64,000 bases of DNA, taken from assembly GCA_040954595.2 (NCBI GenBank), contig CM082586.2, positions 991,630 through 1,055,629 on the forward strand. Direction: 5' to 3'. Below the pieces are notes generated by a model. That model made no database searches and was not told the origin of the DNA. It worked only from the letters and a program-made list of their open reading frames with translations. This document shows, in pieces, positions 39,201-54,200 of this stretch (positions are counted from its first letter, which is position 1; each line of letters begins with the position of its first letter). This DNA comes from Balanoglossus misakiensis. Taxonomy: Eukaryota; Animalia; Hemichordata. The position numbers and the translations under genes are program-made.

Positions 39201-42200
39201 AGAAATACTTTACATGCAAATGTTGTTAGTGTGTATAATTAATGCTTCGGGTGTATCCATAAATTGCATTCGCCAAGGCCTAATCTCATTTGCGTCACTT
39301 CTATAAAAAGAACATGAACTAATTAACTTGACCAAGGACGTGTCAGGTTCTACTTCATATATTTATTAATATGTGAAAAAACTGAAAAGTGCATTGAAAC
39401 TATACTTTTCAAAGGGCAATCCTTGCTTGGTTCATATTATGGTTAAATATTATTGTTAAGATAATATGAGATACACATGCATTGTTTTATTTATTTATTT
39501 ATTGATTGATTGATTGATTGATATAAGTGCATATTCCCTGTCCTGATACATATCATTCAACATAATAACAACCATAGAATTTAACTTACAATTAATGTTG
39601 GATTTGATAGCTTGTTTATATTCAAAGCGACGGAGGGTAAACTGAGGCATTTCATTCCCAGAAAATACAGCTACAGGTGTTTCTTTCCTCCACTGCAGCA
39701 TCAGATTCTTGGAATCATAAGCATCTGCAAAAGTAGAACAAAGTATGAGTATATGTGCTATCAAAGCGCATGATATTTTGAGAGATAATATGGTGGCTCG
39801 AAAAGTACATGCACGCGGTCACGTACGTATCACCTAAAGATCCCTTTCTGTTCACACTTAAACTCAGAAGCACAACACTTTTAAAATACCAGGTTAATGC
39901 CACCAGCCATGTTGTATTGTAACATGCAATGATTTCTGACAGTTGTGGATGTCTAAGTGGGTCAATCTACTGTACCTATTAAAACCTATTATAAGCATAC
40001 AATACATTTTGCCACAGAGTCATATGCCGTCGGCATTTCAGTTTCATGCTAATTGTGTACACTCATAATGTAATTACTTGAAGTGGCGTATAGTCCCAGG
40101 AGAATGTATACGTAGACCAGTATAGTAGCATACATTACGTATATAGCTCACAATTGATAAAAAATTAAAGCTGACATTTTAAGAGCCAATACTTATATCT
40201 ACATAAATTTAATGGGTGATCGCATAAAATCCAATTTTGTGTAATCACTTTACGTGGCAATCATGCATGTCTACCGGTATATTCCAATGTTAATATTGTG
40301 TTAAAGATAAGTATATTGTACTAGTTAAAAATAGTATTACAATATAGTCTGTGCTGTGTAATGTGGTGATTTTATATTAAAGGTAATAATTGCACACACA
40401 ATAAGTTTGTCAAATAGGCAGACAGGCAGACAGTCAGCCATACAGGCATGTTCAGTGGCCTTAATTTAAGAGCCTTGCAATAAATGAATAGCAACCTTGG
40501 GAGTATGTCAAAGCATAATAAAACAACTTTGAACCTCACAAGTCAAGAAATCTGCCCATCTTCAAACCTTGCAGATTTTTGCTTGTTAATAGAATATGTG
40601 CCGTAAAATTCAAAGCTATTAATACACCACATATATATAAGGCCTGTCTGCATCAAGCTATTACGTGATCAAACGTTAGAAAACGTGGGCATAAATTGTA
40701 GTGTCCACTGTGCTGGCGGTGACAACAGTCGACTTTTTCATGTCAGACGGCGAGCGATATTCAGTTATATGCATTACTAGGCAACCTCACGTCTGGTTCA
40801 TACCCTCAGCCGTCTTATCAGAATAATCACTCATTCATCAGCAGGAAGAAACATAAAAGTTTCAATGTGTGAAAGACTTAGCTCGGACTTAAGGTTATGG
40901 ATGTATTTGAGGAGATTTGTCAGGGGATTTTGTGTTTATCTGCAGAATTTAATATTTGAAACGTAACACCATGATTGTCGCTGTTGTAATCTCGCTCTTG
41001 TAATCTCCGTAAGAAGACTTTTTTATGTCATCTGGGTTTATGTTGACATGCTTTTAGCAATGTCCATCTGGCATTGGTTTCTTATGTTCTTGTTCTTTGT
41101 CTTATCTAGTTATTGTAACTGTCCTTACCCCTCAGAATATATTTGTGTAGTGTAGTCTGAAAATGCAAACCAAAGTCAGATTTGGCTTTCTTTGGTCTCA
41201 ACGGTCAGTGTCCATTGAGATTTTAGATCTGTAGTCCGTTCGTTTGTATTCCTAGCTGTCCATCTGAAGTCATTACTCAAGAAAGTCAGTAGCCATTTCT
41301 CAAAATCTGCAAGTGTATGCACTATGATGTACATATGCAACATCTCGGGAGGCTTGGTTAATTGACTGGCGACAGGTTGCTAGCCAAATAGAAGTCCTGC
41401 TTTGTATGAAACTAGAATGCACACAGAGTTAATTTGCCATGTCCTGTGTCACACGAGAATGTCCTACTATAAACTGCATCCATGAGAGTTCTCGCTGAGT
41501 CTCGTGAAGGGACTCACTTAACTTGGAAATGGATAATTCTTGTTTTGATTACAGTAATGGTTTGCATGTTTGAATTCGAACATGCTTTCCCAATGGGAAG
41601 TTTTGCATTCATGGATCATGTTTGCATAACACGCTTGACCTCTGCCAAATGATGGCATGTCGTTCATGAGCAGAAGTTAAAACATCACTGATCTATTGAC
41701 CTTTTATTCCGAGAGAAAAGTGAATTGAAAGCTGTTTTGATTGATTCTCGGAAATTCTCAAAGTTTTTGTTTTGTTATTGACACAAAAGTTAACGTACAG
41801 CAGTCGCTCTGGCGCCAAAGTCACTTTTTGTCGCCATGCAGTCTCCGTAACTTTGCTGCATGGACCATATCTACGCTAATTAACTACATTCCCCATTGAC
41901 ATAAACAAACTAATGTACAGTGTTTGTGGGTCCCATATCCATCTTCTTTAACTTTTTTAATATGCCGCCGGATTCGGCTTGGTAAGTCTTGTTGTAAAAC
42001 CATCCTTTCGTGAATGACTGATTTAAAATGAAAAAAAGCTCCAGAAGCCACATCAGACTGATATTTTTAGATCTTTAAAGATCATCCATAAATTACGTGA
42101 TTCTGTAAACACTGCATACACAAGGAACCACTTCTATTATGCATTCAGGCAAGACTTTCTGTTACTTCCTTTGCGACTCAATCCTCTTACACAGGGATGG

Positions 42201-45200
42201 TCGAATCCCTGACTATGCCATAATATACCGGTACAGGTACCAATTTTTGATTCCTCAACAAACAATTGTGGCTTAATTTGCACAGGTAATCATATACCCT
42301 CAATTGCAATTAACAATTTAAGAAGTTGTTATACTAATTCAAGATGCAATACGAGTCAGACATTAACTATGCTTGATTTTGATTCTGGCATGGGGTTTAA
42401 TAATTAAATGTGGATACACGCTGCAAGACTGAATAAGGAGAAAGGATTGTACGAGACAAACCTTCCTTAAAATAGAACAGCAATTGAATGCACGCTCAAC
42501 GATCGACAGCCAACAATTGTTCACTGAAGCAACCGCACATTGCTCTTCCGAGAATCTGGTATTAAAATAGTTTAAATATCACAAGATTACCATTTTAATA
42601 CAAGTACAGGAGAGCCATAAAAAAATTCGAATTTCATAATATCATGTACGAACATGAAGAGCTGAAAAGGCAATTCATCAAAGTAGTTCTATGTTATGGT
42701 TGCCAGGTAACAGATCGAACCTGTGAATGTACATGTACGGTATATACAGGCAGTCGGGTCCCCTTCTGGGTGCACTGCGACATAAACGTATTCGAGTAGA
42801 TCTAAAGGCAACCTACGCGTTTAAATACACTAGACATACACAAGAAGAGAGGAGATAGTGAATAGACGAGGAATTCACAAACACCTCGAAGGAAAACCGG
42901 ATGAAAGCGTGTGATTTGAGAGAGACCGTCTTATGCCTCGATCGCCTCAATCGCCCCTATACGTGTCTTCAAGACAAGTGGATGCAAACGCCCAAGTGAA
43001 AACAAAATAATTCAAGAATATCAGGTGGCTGATAGGCAAATGATATACTTCTAGAACGCGATTCTTCATTTTTGTCTTATTATATTATCTCGTACATATA
43101 TTTTAATTGTGTTATATGGACATTGCCAGTTTTCTCTCTCTCCAACTGTGATCTAATCTAATTTACGAAACGATGATTGATCAGTTCAGTCTGTTAGGCA
43201 TAATCTTTCCTTAAAGTTAACGCATATCTTTTAATGCAGACTTGCTGTTTTCCAATTCAATTACTTAAATTGTTTAATAATGAAATTAGGAAGTGTACTT
43301 AAACGCTAAGAGGTCACATTTTGCTTGCATCGTCTCTAAAACAGCAACCAAAACACATTCTCAGTTTCTAAGGCTACCTTTGCTGTGATTATAGATTCAT
43401 TGATATTTAGATCACATATCTATTAAAGGAGGTTGCTGTATATAAAATTACATGTAGATAAAAAACAGACTGACATACCATAAAGAAGAAAATAAACTGT
43501 GAATCTTATATTTTTAGAAAGCTTATAGATAAATGATCTTTTCAATGATATATAACCTGATGTAACATTTTGAAAATGTTACATACTCTTATGTTTTAAG
43601 AGAATATACTTACAGCTCATCATCGTCATTCGGCACTTGTGTTTGTCACATGGAAAGTTGTGCAATTTCATTTGGCACGATAACGCCATATTAAGTCTGT
43701 GAAGAAAAGCAAATCCAACTGTTATTAGAAAAAAATACTCGTTCGCAGAATAATTATGTATATTCCAGTATATATGTATCACCAAGGTAAATAGGTATGA
43801 CTTAATTGATGCATTGTGGTGTTTCATAGAAATGTCAACATGTGTTTAGCCAAGACATGTTTCTACAATTTGTTTTATCATGACAAAAACCATCTATCTG
43901 AAATTGCAAATTTTGATAAAAATAGCCGTGTAATATGCAGCACCAATTTAACTGTGTTATGCTGCACAAAATTAAGTCAACTAATTATTCAAGTCGATCG
44001 TGTAATTAGCATATGTTCTCAATATTCTACTAATGATTCATGGCATACTGTAAGACTAATTTGAAATATTACAAGCACAGGTGTTATTTGACCAAAGCGG
44101 GGGCTACATTCAACAATTACTAACCTTAAACTGTATCGAATGTCCCCGTTGGGATCAATTTCGATAGCCCTGTTGTCGGTGATGACTTTGTGATACTCTC
44201 CTCGCTTCTCGTTATCAAAATACACATCTGGCCTCCAGACAACGTCGATGAACTCCGGAGAATTCAATGTGATGGAATTGGTGCCGTTGTGTTTCAGACG
44301 ATCATCGTTCCACTGTAGATTTAGGTAGAAGGATGTCGAATACTCCTACATTGGAGGAGATAGAGTAATTTGGTCACAAGCTGACATCGCAGAGCCTAAT
44401 GCAAGACCACGGAATCAAGTTTTATCAATTATTCACCCACAGGAACACACTTATGGCATTCCAATGAGAACTAATACATACATGCAAATCAGGGACACAA
44501 GAAAGTCGCGCATAATGTCTTTGGGGTTTGATACCTTTCGAGCTGCATGATCAAAACTGTATAACTTTTCATGAACTCTGACTTTTAGCTATCATCATAT
44601 CATCAAAAGACTGACTTTTGTCAAAACCAAAACCAACAACAAAGTGCGAGTTTACACCTTTACACTGGGACCCTTGCGTTTGAGCGATATTACTGCAGAT
44701 CAATCAATTTTTGTTAATATTTACAGATATTAGCCATCGGCAAAATGGATCAGTTTATGGGGTAGAGTGGTTACCAAACACTAACTGTAAATGACGTTCA
44801 CACCATCTTAATATGCGTGGCGCCGTGCAGCCAAGCAAACTGTCGTCTGCAAAGTTTCGCTTCACAGTTGCCTGATCAAAATGGTTTCTGTCAATTATGA
44901 CAAATTTGTATCATTATAGACTGTAATGCGGTAGGAACTGGAAAATAACTGAAAGTCTTTTTTGCAATAACAGGGGCCATGGCCTCGACCGTACCCCATG
45001 AAGATATGATCGCTTGTGGGGAAAAACCACCATTGTTGTCTTTCTGTCAACACCAAATATGTAGCGGACCATTTGCAGTGAATGACTTTGATACATGTAG
45101 CTTCAGACATTTATGTCAAGGTTGCAATTTTCTCATTATATTATCACATAGTAAGCCGTGCTATGACTGTAGCCAAAGTCACATACGGTACAACTTTTTC

Positions 45201-48200
45201 TCAACATTACAATAACATTACAGTGCTTACCATATCAACTTCTTTGATCGAATGGAAACTATTTATGTACATGTGACATGTTACGTTGACTGGTGGACCT
45301 AGAAAAAAAGGGTAAAAAAAATTAGACAACTGTATAGTTTATATGATTCCCAAGAAAATGTGTTCAAAAACCATGTGAGCTGTTGCTTCAATCATAAACG
45401 TTAATAGTATTTAGTGTTTGTACGCATACGCCAACCCTTAACAGGCTGATTTTTGAATATTTTGCAGAGGCGTGAAACATAAAATTCCATCAATAGTGCC
45501 TCGTTAGGAAGGCAGGGCACGCGTGATCCTTCAGGTATAAGTTTAAAACATAAAAATGACGCGAATGATTTAAATGCGTCTCCTCTTTAAAAGCAGAAAT
45601 GTTTGCGATTTAAATTGTTTATGATTTCCTTCATAGTCAAAGATTATGAGTACCGGTATACATTGTATCTCGAGATAGCTCTGCTAAAAATTCCACAGGA
45701 CTTTTATAAGACATTCTTCGAGAGAACTTAAGCGTGACCACAGCCGATCAGGGAGGTTATTAGAGTCTGTCTTATGTGGCATCAGTATAATTACATGATG
45801 GAATGTCTACGTGCAGCTGGTATGTCAGCTCTTGTGCCTTAGGGTTATGGGGTGTCGCAGTAGATTAGGAAAAGAACAACAAGTAAACTGAAACAGTATG
45901 GTGTAACTTTAGAAGTGGTCAGTCGCACATGCATTGCAAAGGGTCTTCTAGTCTGCCGCTTGGAAGAAAACATTCTGCACGGCATTATAACGTCATTCTG
46001 TTGGCCATGATCATGGGTTTTAAAAAAACAGATTCAGACATAATCCCTGAATCAAAGAAGCACTATCTGACCGATACATCTACCTTGGGCGGTTGCTGTC
46101 ACTGGTGATAAACTTGTGTGACGACTTTACGTCTGACTTCGTACAAGAAAACAACCTACTAAACGAGACAATAGTCAGCTAAGTCTGTTTTTCATGGCGC
46201 ACGATAAAACGTTTTAGTGCAGCTATATAACAAATGCCCATAATATACAGTCATGGCCTTCCGTCAACCACCACTAAAATCTGATTCAAATGTCAGATCT
46301 GCATCGAGGTGATTTGTTGTGACTGAAATTGTACCAAACTGGACATAAACATCATCCAGATATTCAGAATTTGAACCGACAGTCTAAAAATTTGGTAATA
46401 TAAATGTTTACCCAAAAGACGCTATAGTAGTCAATCAAATGTCACATCTCTTTGTTTTTTACATAACGAAAACTATATTGCACAAATGTAATGGTTTGTT
46501 TTTATTAGTCTATGATTTATTACCAATTCACCCGTCAGGCCGTGCAGCATTTGGCGCAACAGAGTGATCGTGGTAAATCCTCTGCATTGTAGAAATAGCT
46601 GGAGTTGGTTGTTCTTTTCAACGCGATCGATCATCCAACGCTCATGTTTTTATAATCATCTCTCCCTGCTCACAGAGATGGCACACCGTACTAGTTTGAC
46701 TGATGGCAACTCTTGATTAAAGTAATTGAGATCAGCGAAATCAAGAGGATTAAAATGTCAGCGGAGTAAATAAGGTTATAATTATTTCCCCTCAAGCATG
46801 AAGCTCTCTCCAATTTCAGGGCCTTTTTGGTTCTTGAAATCGTGATTTCTAGTGAAGTCATGACAGAGTTGTTGACGGTGCACAGTTGACATTTTGTTAC
46901 TTATGGAGATCAAGGACTTGGGCATTTGGCAAAGGTTACGGAGAAATCAAGCTTTTGCCACTAGTGTGTATTTTTAAAGTGTGGGCGAATAAGATGAGCT
47001 GTACAGGTTATCAGTTTGGCATGTTGTGTATTGAAGATAAAACCTTCACAGTTTGCTCTGTTTCTCACTTCGGTTATATGTTAAAATTACCCAAATTTCC
47101 AGTCTCATACAAACATATTTTACAACATGCATAATTAATTCTGAAAAAAAATTAATTGAAAATGTACCTTTTTCTCTAGAAGGACTGATATGAACTTGAA
47201 TGGGGAATGCCCCAATTCTGATGGCAAAGTTTCATCCACATTAAAAGCCACAAGTGAAAAGTGAAAAGTGAAATGAATACAGCTGGGGATTGCAAGTAAC
47301 AAGCAAACAGGTTGAGTATTATTCCCCATTGTAGATTTCGACAAATATCTAAGGGCAAATGTCAAAAATGAAACGCAGCAGTAAAGATGAGGCAGATACG
47401 GGATTACACGGAGAGATAACGATCAAGGTGAATGCCCAGCCTTTGCCTGACACTTCTCTTGGCACGGAATAGGCACATAATCGCAGATGTCAATCTCTCT
47501 CGAGCTAAATCTTGTCAGCTATCGCAATTCTTCACAGAAAGAAGACACAGACTCTGTCCTGGCAATATATGGACACTTTATCACACCTGACACCCACCCC
47601 AGTTCTGACCCCTGACATTTAGTTATGGCATCTAGCTGTGCTGTGGGGAGGAATAGTATTTGAAAATCAACATCTCTCTCTCACATAAATGATACTGATG
47701 ATCATACCAAGTAAACTTAGATGATATGGGTAAATATCGAGCAAATATTACGAAGACAGTATAGTGACTAAAAAGAGTTTCAAATCATTACAAAATACAT
47801 GGGCGGTCATGCATGCTACTCAACAAGACAAGAAGCAACTGGAAATTTAATAAAACTGAAAGTACATCTTTGACACTCTGGGTGTGTGTTCAGACAAAGT
47901 ATTCAAATTTGCCAGTGGCTCAAAAGATTTTCTCACACAACAGATGATGTTTGTAAATGTTCCTTGAAAAAGATTCCGATTGGGAAAATTGTAATTTCAA
48001 ATTCTATGAACACTTTATTATGAAATACATCCCCATGTGGTGTGTATTAAAAACACATATTAATTGACCATATTTTGGTGACGGCATGGCGTCTGTCTCC
48101 CCTCCGGCTAATAAATCACCTCAAAATGTTTTTGTTTCCACCAGTCACATCAGACACTGGTAGTGATGATTTAATTTTTGTTTGACTCGCAAATTGGTGC

Positions 48201-51200
48201 AATTATCAATGATTACGAGGTACGGTAAGACCTCATGCTGTATCACACACGCGCTGGTTTACAGACACCTGGCTTTGCTTACTCGGGTAGTCAGTATATA
48301 CCGGGTATGCCGAGCTGCCATGCCGATGCCTGTTGGTTTACACATATGGCATTCAACTTTGACAAAATGCAACCAGCAAGTGGTGAATTCTGTTATAAAT
48401 GCTTGCAATCCTTGATAAGTCATAAAACATGAAACGTCTCAGTGGAGTTGAGATATGGAAATCATGCTATATAAATGATCATTATATCGCTTTAGACTAA
48501 ACATTCCAATTAAAAACATTTGCTACTCCAATGTCTGATACATTAAATGCCTTTCTCACATTAACAAGGTTGTTAACAGCCAACTTCATTAAAAATTCAA
48601 ACCTCATCCTGCAATCTCGTCTATATTTCACCGTTCTCTACACTCAAGGTTAACTATAGCGTCGACTAATGATTGCTTGGGAAGCTTGATGTTTTCAGAA
48701 ACTGTTGGATAGTTCACAGCACATTAATAATGAAGTTTACGACTCAAACAGATATTCAATTTAGTGACAGCGATGTTGTCTCGTTATTCAAGACACAATT
48801 ATCTACTCCACATGTCGGATTCTATGACTTTACTGCAAATGCGTTTTTAACCGTGCAAGAGTTGCTAGTTCAACTTCTGAATTAAGGATTACAGATTTTG
48901 ATAACATGTACTATAAATAAAATTTGATAACATGTACTATACAAATGCAAAATTTTCCAACTTTAACACCGCCACTCCCTACGTAAACATATAACCTCTG
49001 GAGATAAGTTGCAATCAATTGTGACCACTTAGGTTGTACTGGTAAATCCTATATGGATTAGTTATCGGGCCGGGCTCAATGGAGTGAATAAAGTGCTAAA
49101 ATGGCAATACTGAATCGAACTACAGGTGATTTCTTTTACAATGCACGTACTTATGTCGTAATCTAGCTGGCTAATTATCGAGATGTCTAATCTCATATCG
49201 GTCCATTGTGTACTTTGAAAACGCTGACATTCTGTGTCGCCACAAGTATTCTCATACACCTTGAGTTCTAAAAAAAGTGTTATACTCAGTTGGAAAGAAA
49301 AACCTCAATGCAAATTCATTATATTACACACAAACGTTTCAACAGGTACCACCAGCGCAGCGATCTCTTTTCAATCTAACTTCCTAATTATGTTTTTGTC
49401 TTGATTGTTATTTCTCGTAGCCAATATATCAGTTCTATTTGGGATTTAATAGAAAAACACCCATATTTGAATGATAAAGGTCAATTTACCCTCCATCATT
49501 GGATTCTCGTTCATCATAATCAAGAACACGGGGGATTATGTTTGAGCAATACACTTGAGTGAGGATACATTAGGTCCAGCGTATTTATGATCTGTGCAGT
49601 TCACTTGACATAAAATGGAGCCAACTTTTAATTGGTTCGTTTATAACCATTAGACAGGTTTTGGAGAATTGTCCGGCGTTTTATGGTCGGAAAGTGTTTG
49701 TAGAATTGCCGGGTCGAATTGAAATCGTAAAAATGTGCGCTGAACGAGAGATTGTATCAGTTAATTGCCTGCCATCTTATCACCATGAGGTGACGATAGT
49801 GGATTTTACATTCACCATTCTCATCTGACAACAAAATGACGTGAAATTAGGAAATTGCTTAATGCAAGCGTCATATTTTTAATAAGAAAATGCAGGTGCA
49901 TAATTATGTGATCATAATTTTGATATCGAATATTCTTAGAAATACATATATCTCCGGGGACTGATTCCATCGTCTACTTAAATCTTATTACAAAAGAAAT
50001 TGCCCATATAACATAAACAAACGGTGAAAGATGTCATTACAGTCATGTTTACCGAACTGACTCGTGACCATTTTGAATCACATCACAAAGCAAAATTGTA
50101 TACTTAGCCTTCGGCCTCGGTTTAGATTTCTGCAAATTGGTTCACAAGTATCTGAAAGTTACTGCTGCATTGGTGGGACATAGAGATTTATATGTAATAC
50201 ACACGAATCTTGTCCCATAGCGACTACTAGTATATAAAGTCAAGCCACCAGGCCACACAGTATACTGGGTACCTTATGAATGTCTCTACTGTGAGAAAAC
50301 CCTTGCCCTTGTTGATTCTTGAAAGACTTACCGTGTGACTGGGGTCGCAGAGCACCAATTTCGAAATTACCCATGATCCTAGTGACAATCTCTTCATCAA
50401 TCAGGTGGGCTTCACTGGCGTAACATGGACTGCAACATGAGAGGGAGAATGAAAGTTAGAAATACGTCAGAATATGATGTTATGTGAAGAGTACAGGGCA
50501 CCCTTACTCATTTTGCATTTTGTTGTAAATCTTTTTAGAAATCGGAGGTGAGAATGAGGGTCGCGACTGACCCAACGCAAAGTTCCCCCTTTCTCTAATT
50601 TTCATTCAAGTTGTGTGAACACACTCTGGAAGTCTCTAATCTGTACTCTACGGATTCTCTTGAAGACAACGTCTGCTAGTGTCCTGTCCTGATTATACGT
50701 AATATGGGGTTAATGAGAAGAAATTTACTATCTGTCACGACAGGCATTGTCACAAACATGTTGATACAATAAAGTAACAAATGATAAAGATTATTTACTC
50801 GAGAAAGATTGCTTACTCAAGACAGCTACCGCTGGCAAATCTCAAACCCTCTGCCGTCAACTATAGGTAAATCTAATTGATCAGTTTAATTCTAGCATTT
50901 TTTGCTTGGTGTTCATTTACGAAGAAAATTATGACTGTGCACGTTTCACTATGGGTCTGTGTTAATGCATGTGTCATTGTGGAATGTTGGCATCAATGTA
51001 TGCGTGAAGTCCATAAAACAACCTATGTGAGTGTTATTGTTTTTTTTCCAAAGGCGGGATCTCCAAAAGTCTGCAATCGTTTTATACACACAGACAAGCA
51101 ATGGCAAAAATAGGGAACATTATACAGTACTTGCCTTATGTTTCTCAGGCTGATGAACGGGAAGAGAAGGATAACACTCCTCAGGATTATTTCCAAGCTG

Positions 51201-51208
51201 CCTGGCAT
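33233..51208 (-). CDS. Cys-loop ligand-gated anion channel subunit (glycine receptor alpha/GABA-A/GluCl superfamily, divergent), ~435 aa, 9 coding exons
   Basis: Exons (minus): 51135-51208 (signal peptide; GC donor), 50332-50429, 45231-45298, 44125-44345, 43614-43696, 39590-39724, 36771-37000, 34060-34221, 33233-33469; 1308 nt with consistent phases. Motifs: [28 protein letters not shown], Cys-loop [38 protein letters not shown] (M1), [13 protein letters not shown] (M2), AIDIWM..CM.FVF.A.IEFA.VNY (M3), [15 protein letters not shown] (M4). An in-frame upstream ATG at 51453 (exon ending 51425) could add 19 aa. Confidence 0.93.
37214..37255. repeat. (AATC)n microsatellite
   Basis: aatcaatcaatcaatcaatcaa...aatcaatc. 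Confidence 0.8.
39486..39521. repeat. (ATTT)/(ATTG)n microsatellite
   Basis: tttatttatttatttattgattgattgattgattga. Confidence 0.8.
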
Positions 51209-54200
51209 CCTAACAAAGGTTCCAATTAAACCGGGACTGAAAAGGGAAAGTATAATCAACTACAGCGTACGAGTAACGATCAATCTGATGATGTCATGAT
51301 CTCTTTTTCATAGTACGGTAATAGTGAGAGACATGCGAGATTTGCTATTTTCATCCCAAAGACACTGCATACAGCAAAACAAATGTGCAGCAAGTCGAAA
51401 CGTCAGATGTTACTTTAGTCTTACCTTGAAATGTATTGGCGCCCTTCCGTCATCTAATTTCCTGAGAGCAGTGCTGCACTCAATCCCTCGTTATCGACTG
51501 ACAATGCTGGCACTGAAAGCCACATATGTCAGGAGTACTCAGGCTGCCGGAAACATATATGGAAACATATGAATATTCATATCGCTCTTACTTACTATGG
51601 TTTACGCCCCCGTGTCAATTTCAAACCACAGGTTATGGAGAACACAATATTGGATAAAAATTATAAATGCAATTCCATCATATATAAAATAATGTAAAAC
51701 GTGATATTATAAGCATAAATTTTTTAAAAGTGGAATGTGAAAATTTGACATTACATGGGTATACTGGTTTACGTATTCTCATATCGGATTTCGAAATAAT
51801 TGCTCCCCAGTTCCATTAACAAAACCCAATGCATGCAAAGTATGTAAAGCTTGAGATGACTAAGATGTTAACATCCCACTCTGGCTTCATAATATTGCAA
51901 GTCATAAAGAGAGTAAAGCGAAACCGATAAAGTTGACAACTTTACGATTTTGCCTTAATTTGCATTTTGTAGCACAGGGTGACTTTAACAATAAATTTTA
52001 ATGAAGCAGTTATAAAAACAGCATCTCCACCAGTGGTGCCGAATTTAATTGAGATGCTAATGTGAAAGGTCATTTTGCCAGGGTCCATTTAACTGTGTGA
52101 CAATGAAATGAAGGTATGTGGGAATGATTCTTGATAAAATTGCGGGTGTTTATTCAAATGTCATGATTATGAAAATTAACACCCGTGACAATAACAAGTG
52201 TGATTTACTTTCAAAACCGTCTGTTCAGTGTGCACTACTAAACATATCGATTCTAATCCACGCATTGTATTCTGCTCAAATTGTGCACAAATCATAAATG
52301 AATAAAACGCAAAACCGGCAGCGCGACTGTTGAGTCTAAGACTACCGTGACAGACGATGCTCGCTCAGATTGTTTGAAAATCTGGTCAGTTTGAAAGCTT
52401 AAATTAAACTTTCTGTCCTACGGTGCTGTGCTATGTTCTGTCGAATCTTACATGACCAGAAGGCAACACAGCCCACTCTCCAAGAAGACGCCACCAACAT
52501 ACCAACACTAATCTGAATTCAGTTCTCAGACAAAAAATGAAAAATGAGTGATGAATGAATGATGACTAATACAATTTGACTTAATTAGGGGTTCATGTTG
52601 ATTGAAGGTTATTTCTAAAAGTGTGCTTATCAAAACATGCTTACATGTATTTCCAGCCCCTGGATGCTACATTTTCCACTCGATGTATGCATGTAAACAA
52701 TGGCGCATATTGTTGCGTTTACCACAATGTGCAGGCACCCTGCTGTGTATATGTCGAATGTATCTGTTCGACAACTGCACAAATGGTCCCCAAACACTGA
52801 TAGGTTAAAATTCCCAGTACATGCCTAAATATGTTGTCGGGGTTTATACTATGAAAAGTAACAATTTTTCCCATGAATGGATTCGACCGTAGGCATGGTG
52901 GATGTGCGATAAACCCGGAGATGAGCCTTCTAAATCTTTCAAAACGTTTATTGCGTGAGAGCCACTTCTGATAGTATCAATGAAAGACATTTCCGATTGC
53001 GGGCCGACGCTGTTACACGATCGAATTCTCTGTCGTGAAGTTACCGACTCGCTGATAATGAATTAAACAAAACGGTCACGTCCATCACAGATAATTAAGC
53101 GGGGAAACAATCTAGGAACATTTCCTCTCTCAGGTAATTTATTTACATCTTCGCTTGTCACGATCTTTGAAAGAACGCACATGTCAGGTTTATGAACCCA
53201 ATACACCTGCACGCTGGCCACATTCATTAGTGACAGTATTCAGCGTGAGTCTGCCAAATATTTTTATCGTCCGTTTCAGACGTGAAGCGAATGTTAACAT
53301 TGTGCTCCAACAGCCATGTAGTCCGTTTGCAACACAGTTGAAATAAATGCATGGCTTTGATTTGCGTATGCAGACAAGACAACACAATACAAGAATAAAA
53401 GTCAGTATAAGTACTAGTGACCTGGCTAAACACACAGGAGGAACATGTATTTGGCAATTTATGCAGATGAATTTGAACCTCATTTATTATCGCCTGTGTC
53501 GCGGTCGTTAACCTTTTTCATTATAAGCAATATTGCCACTCAGTGTCCGAACCCATATGGTAATTTCACCCATAAGCGATGACACAGCCACATGTCCGTC
53601 TTGATAATTGCTCTTTTCATACCATTTCAGACACATACATTTGATCCAAACAAAGTCAATCTGTTTTGATGTATGGGATATAAGGCTTCATTGAAATATT
53701 TTGAATGCTCTTTGCTCTGTTTAATTCTTACAATTCAAACACAGTGTTCAGACACTTTTTAGATGGTAAAACATGTCAAGTATGTCTGTGATCCTCCTTA
53801 AAGGGGGAGTGCTGGTGTCCCTTCTGCAACTGTGGGTATATGGTCTCATATGACATAGTTGTCAGCAGGTGAAAGTAGAAGCAAATTATGGTAAAATTGG
53901 TACAATGTACATCATTGCGAACAATGCTGTTGTTCATTTGTCTTTGGTGTATGTCATGGCCAACAATATATCATACTTTGTATGACATTTTCAATTTATT
54001 TTTATATAGTATATATTGGTTGTCAGGGTCACCCTGAACAGTGGACCTGGTCTGCCTTTAACTTCAAATAGTGAAAATTCAACTCGTGGTAATATCACAG
54101 TGGAGTGCCAGTTTAACCTTGTCTGTTTTCCAATTAACCCACACACGTACACGCGTGTGTTGAGTAAGCTCTGTTTTCATAGTGTAAATTGGCTATTACG

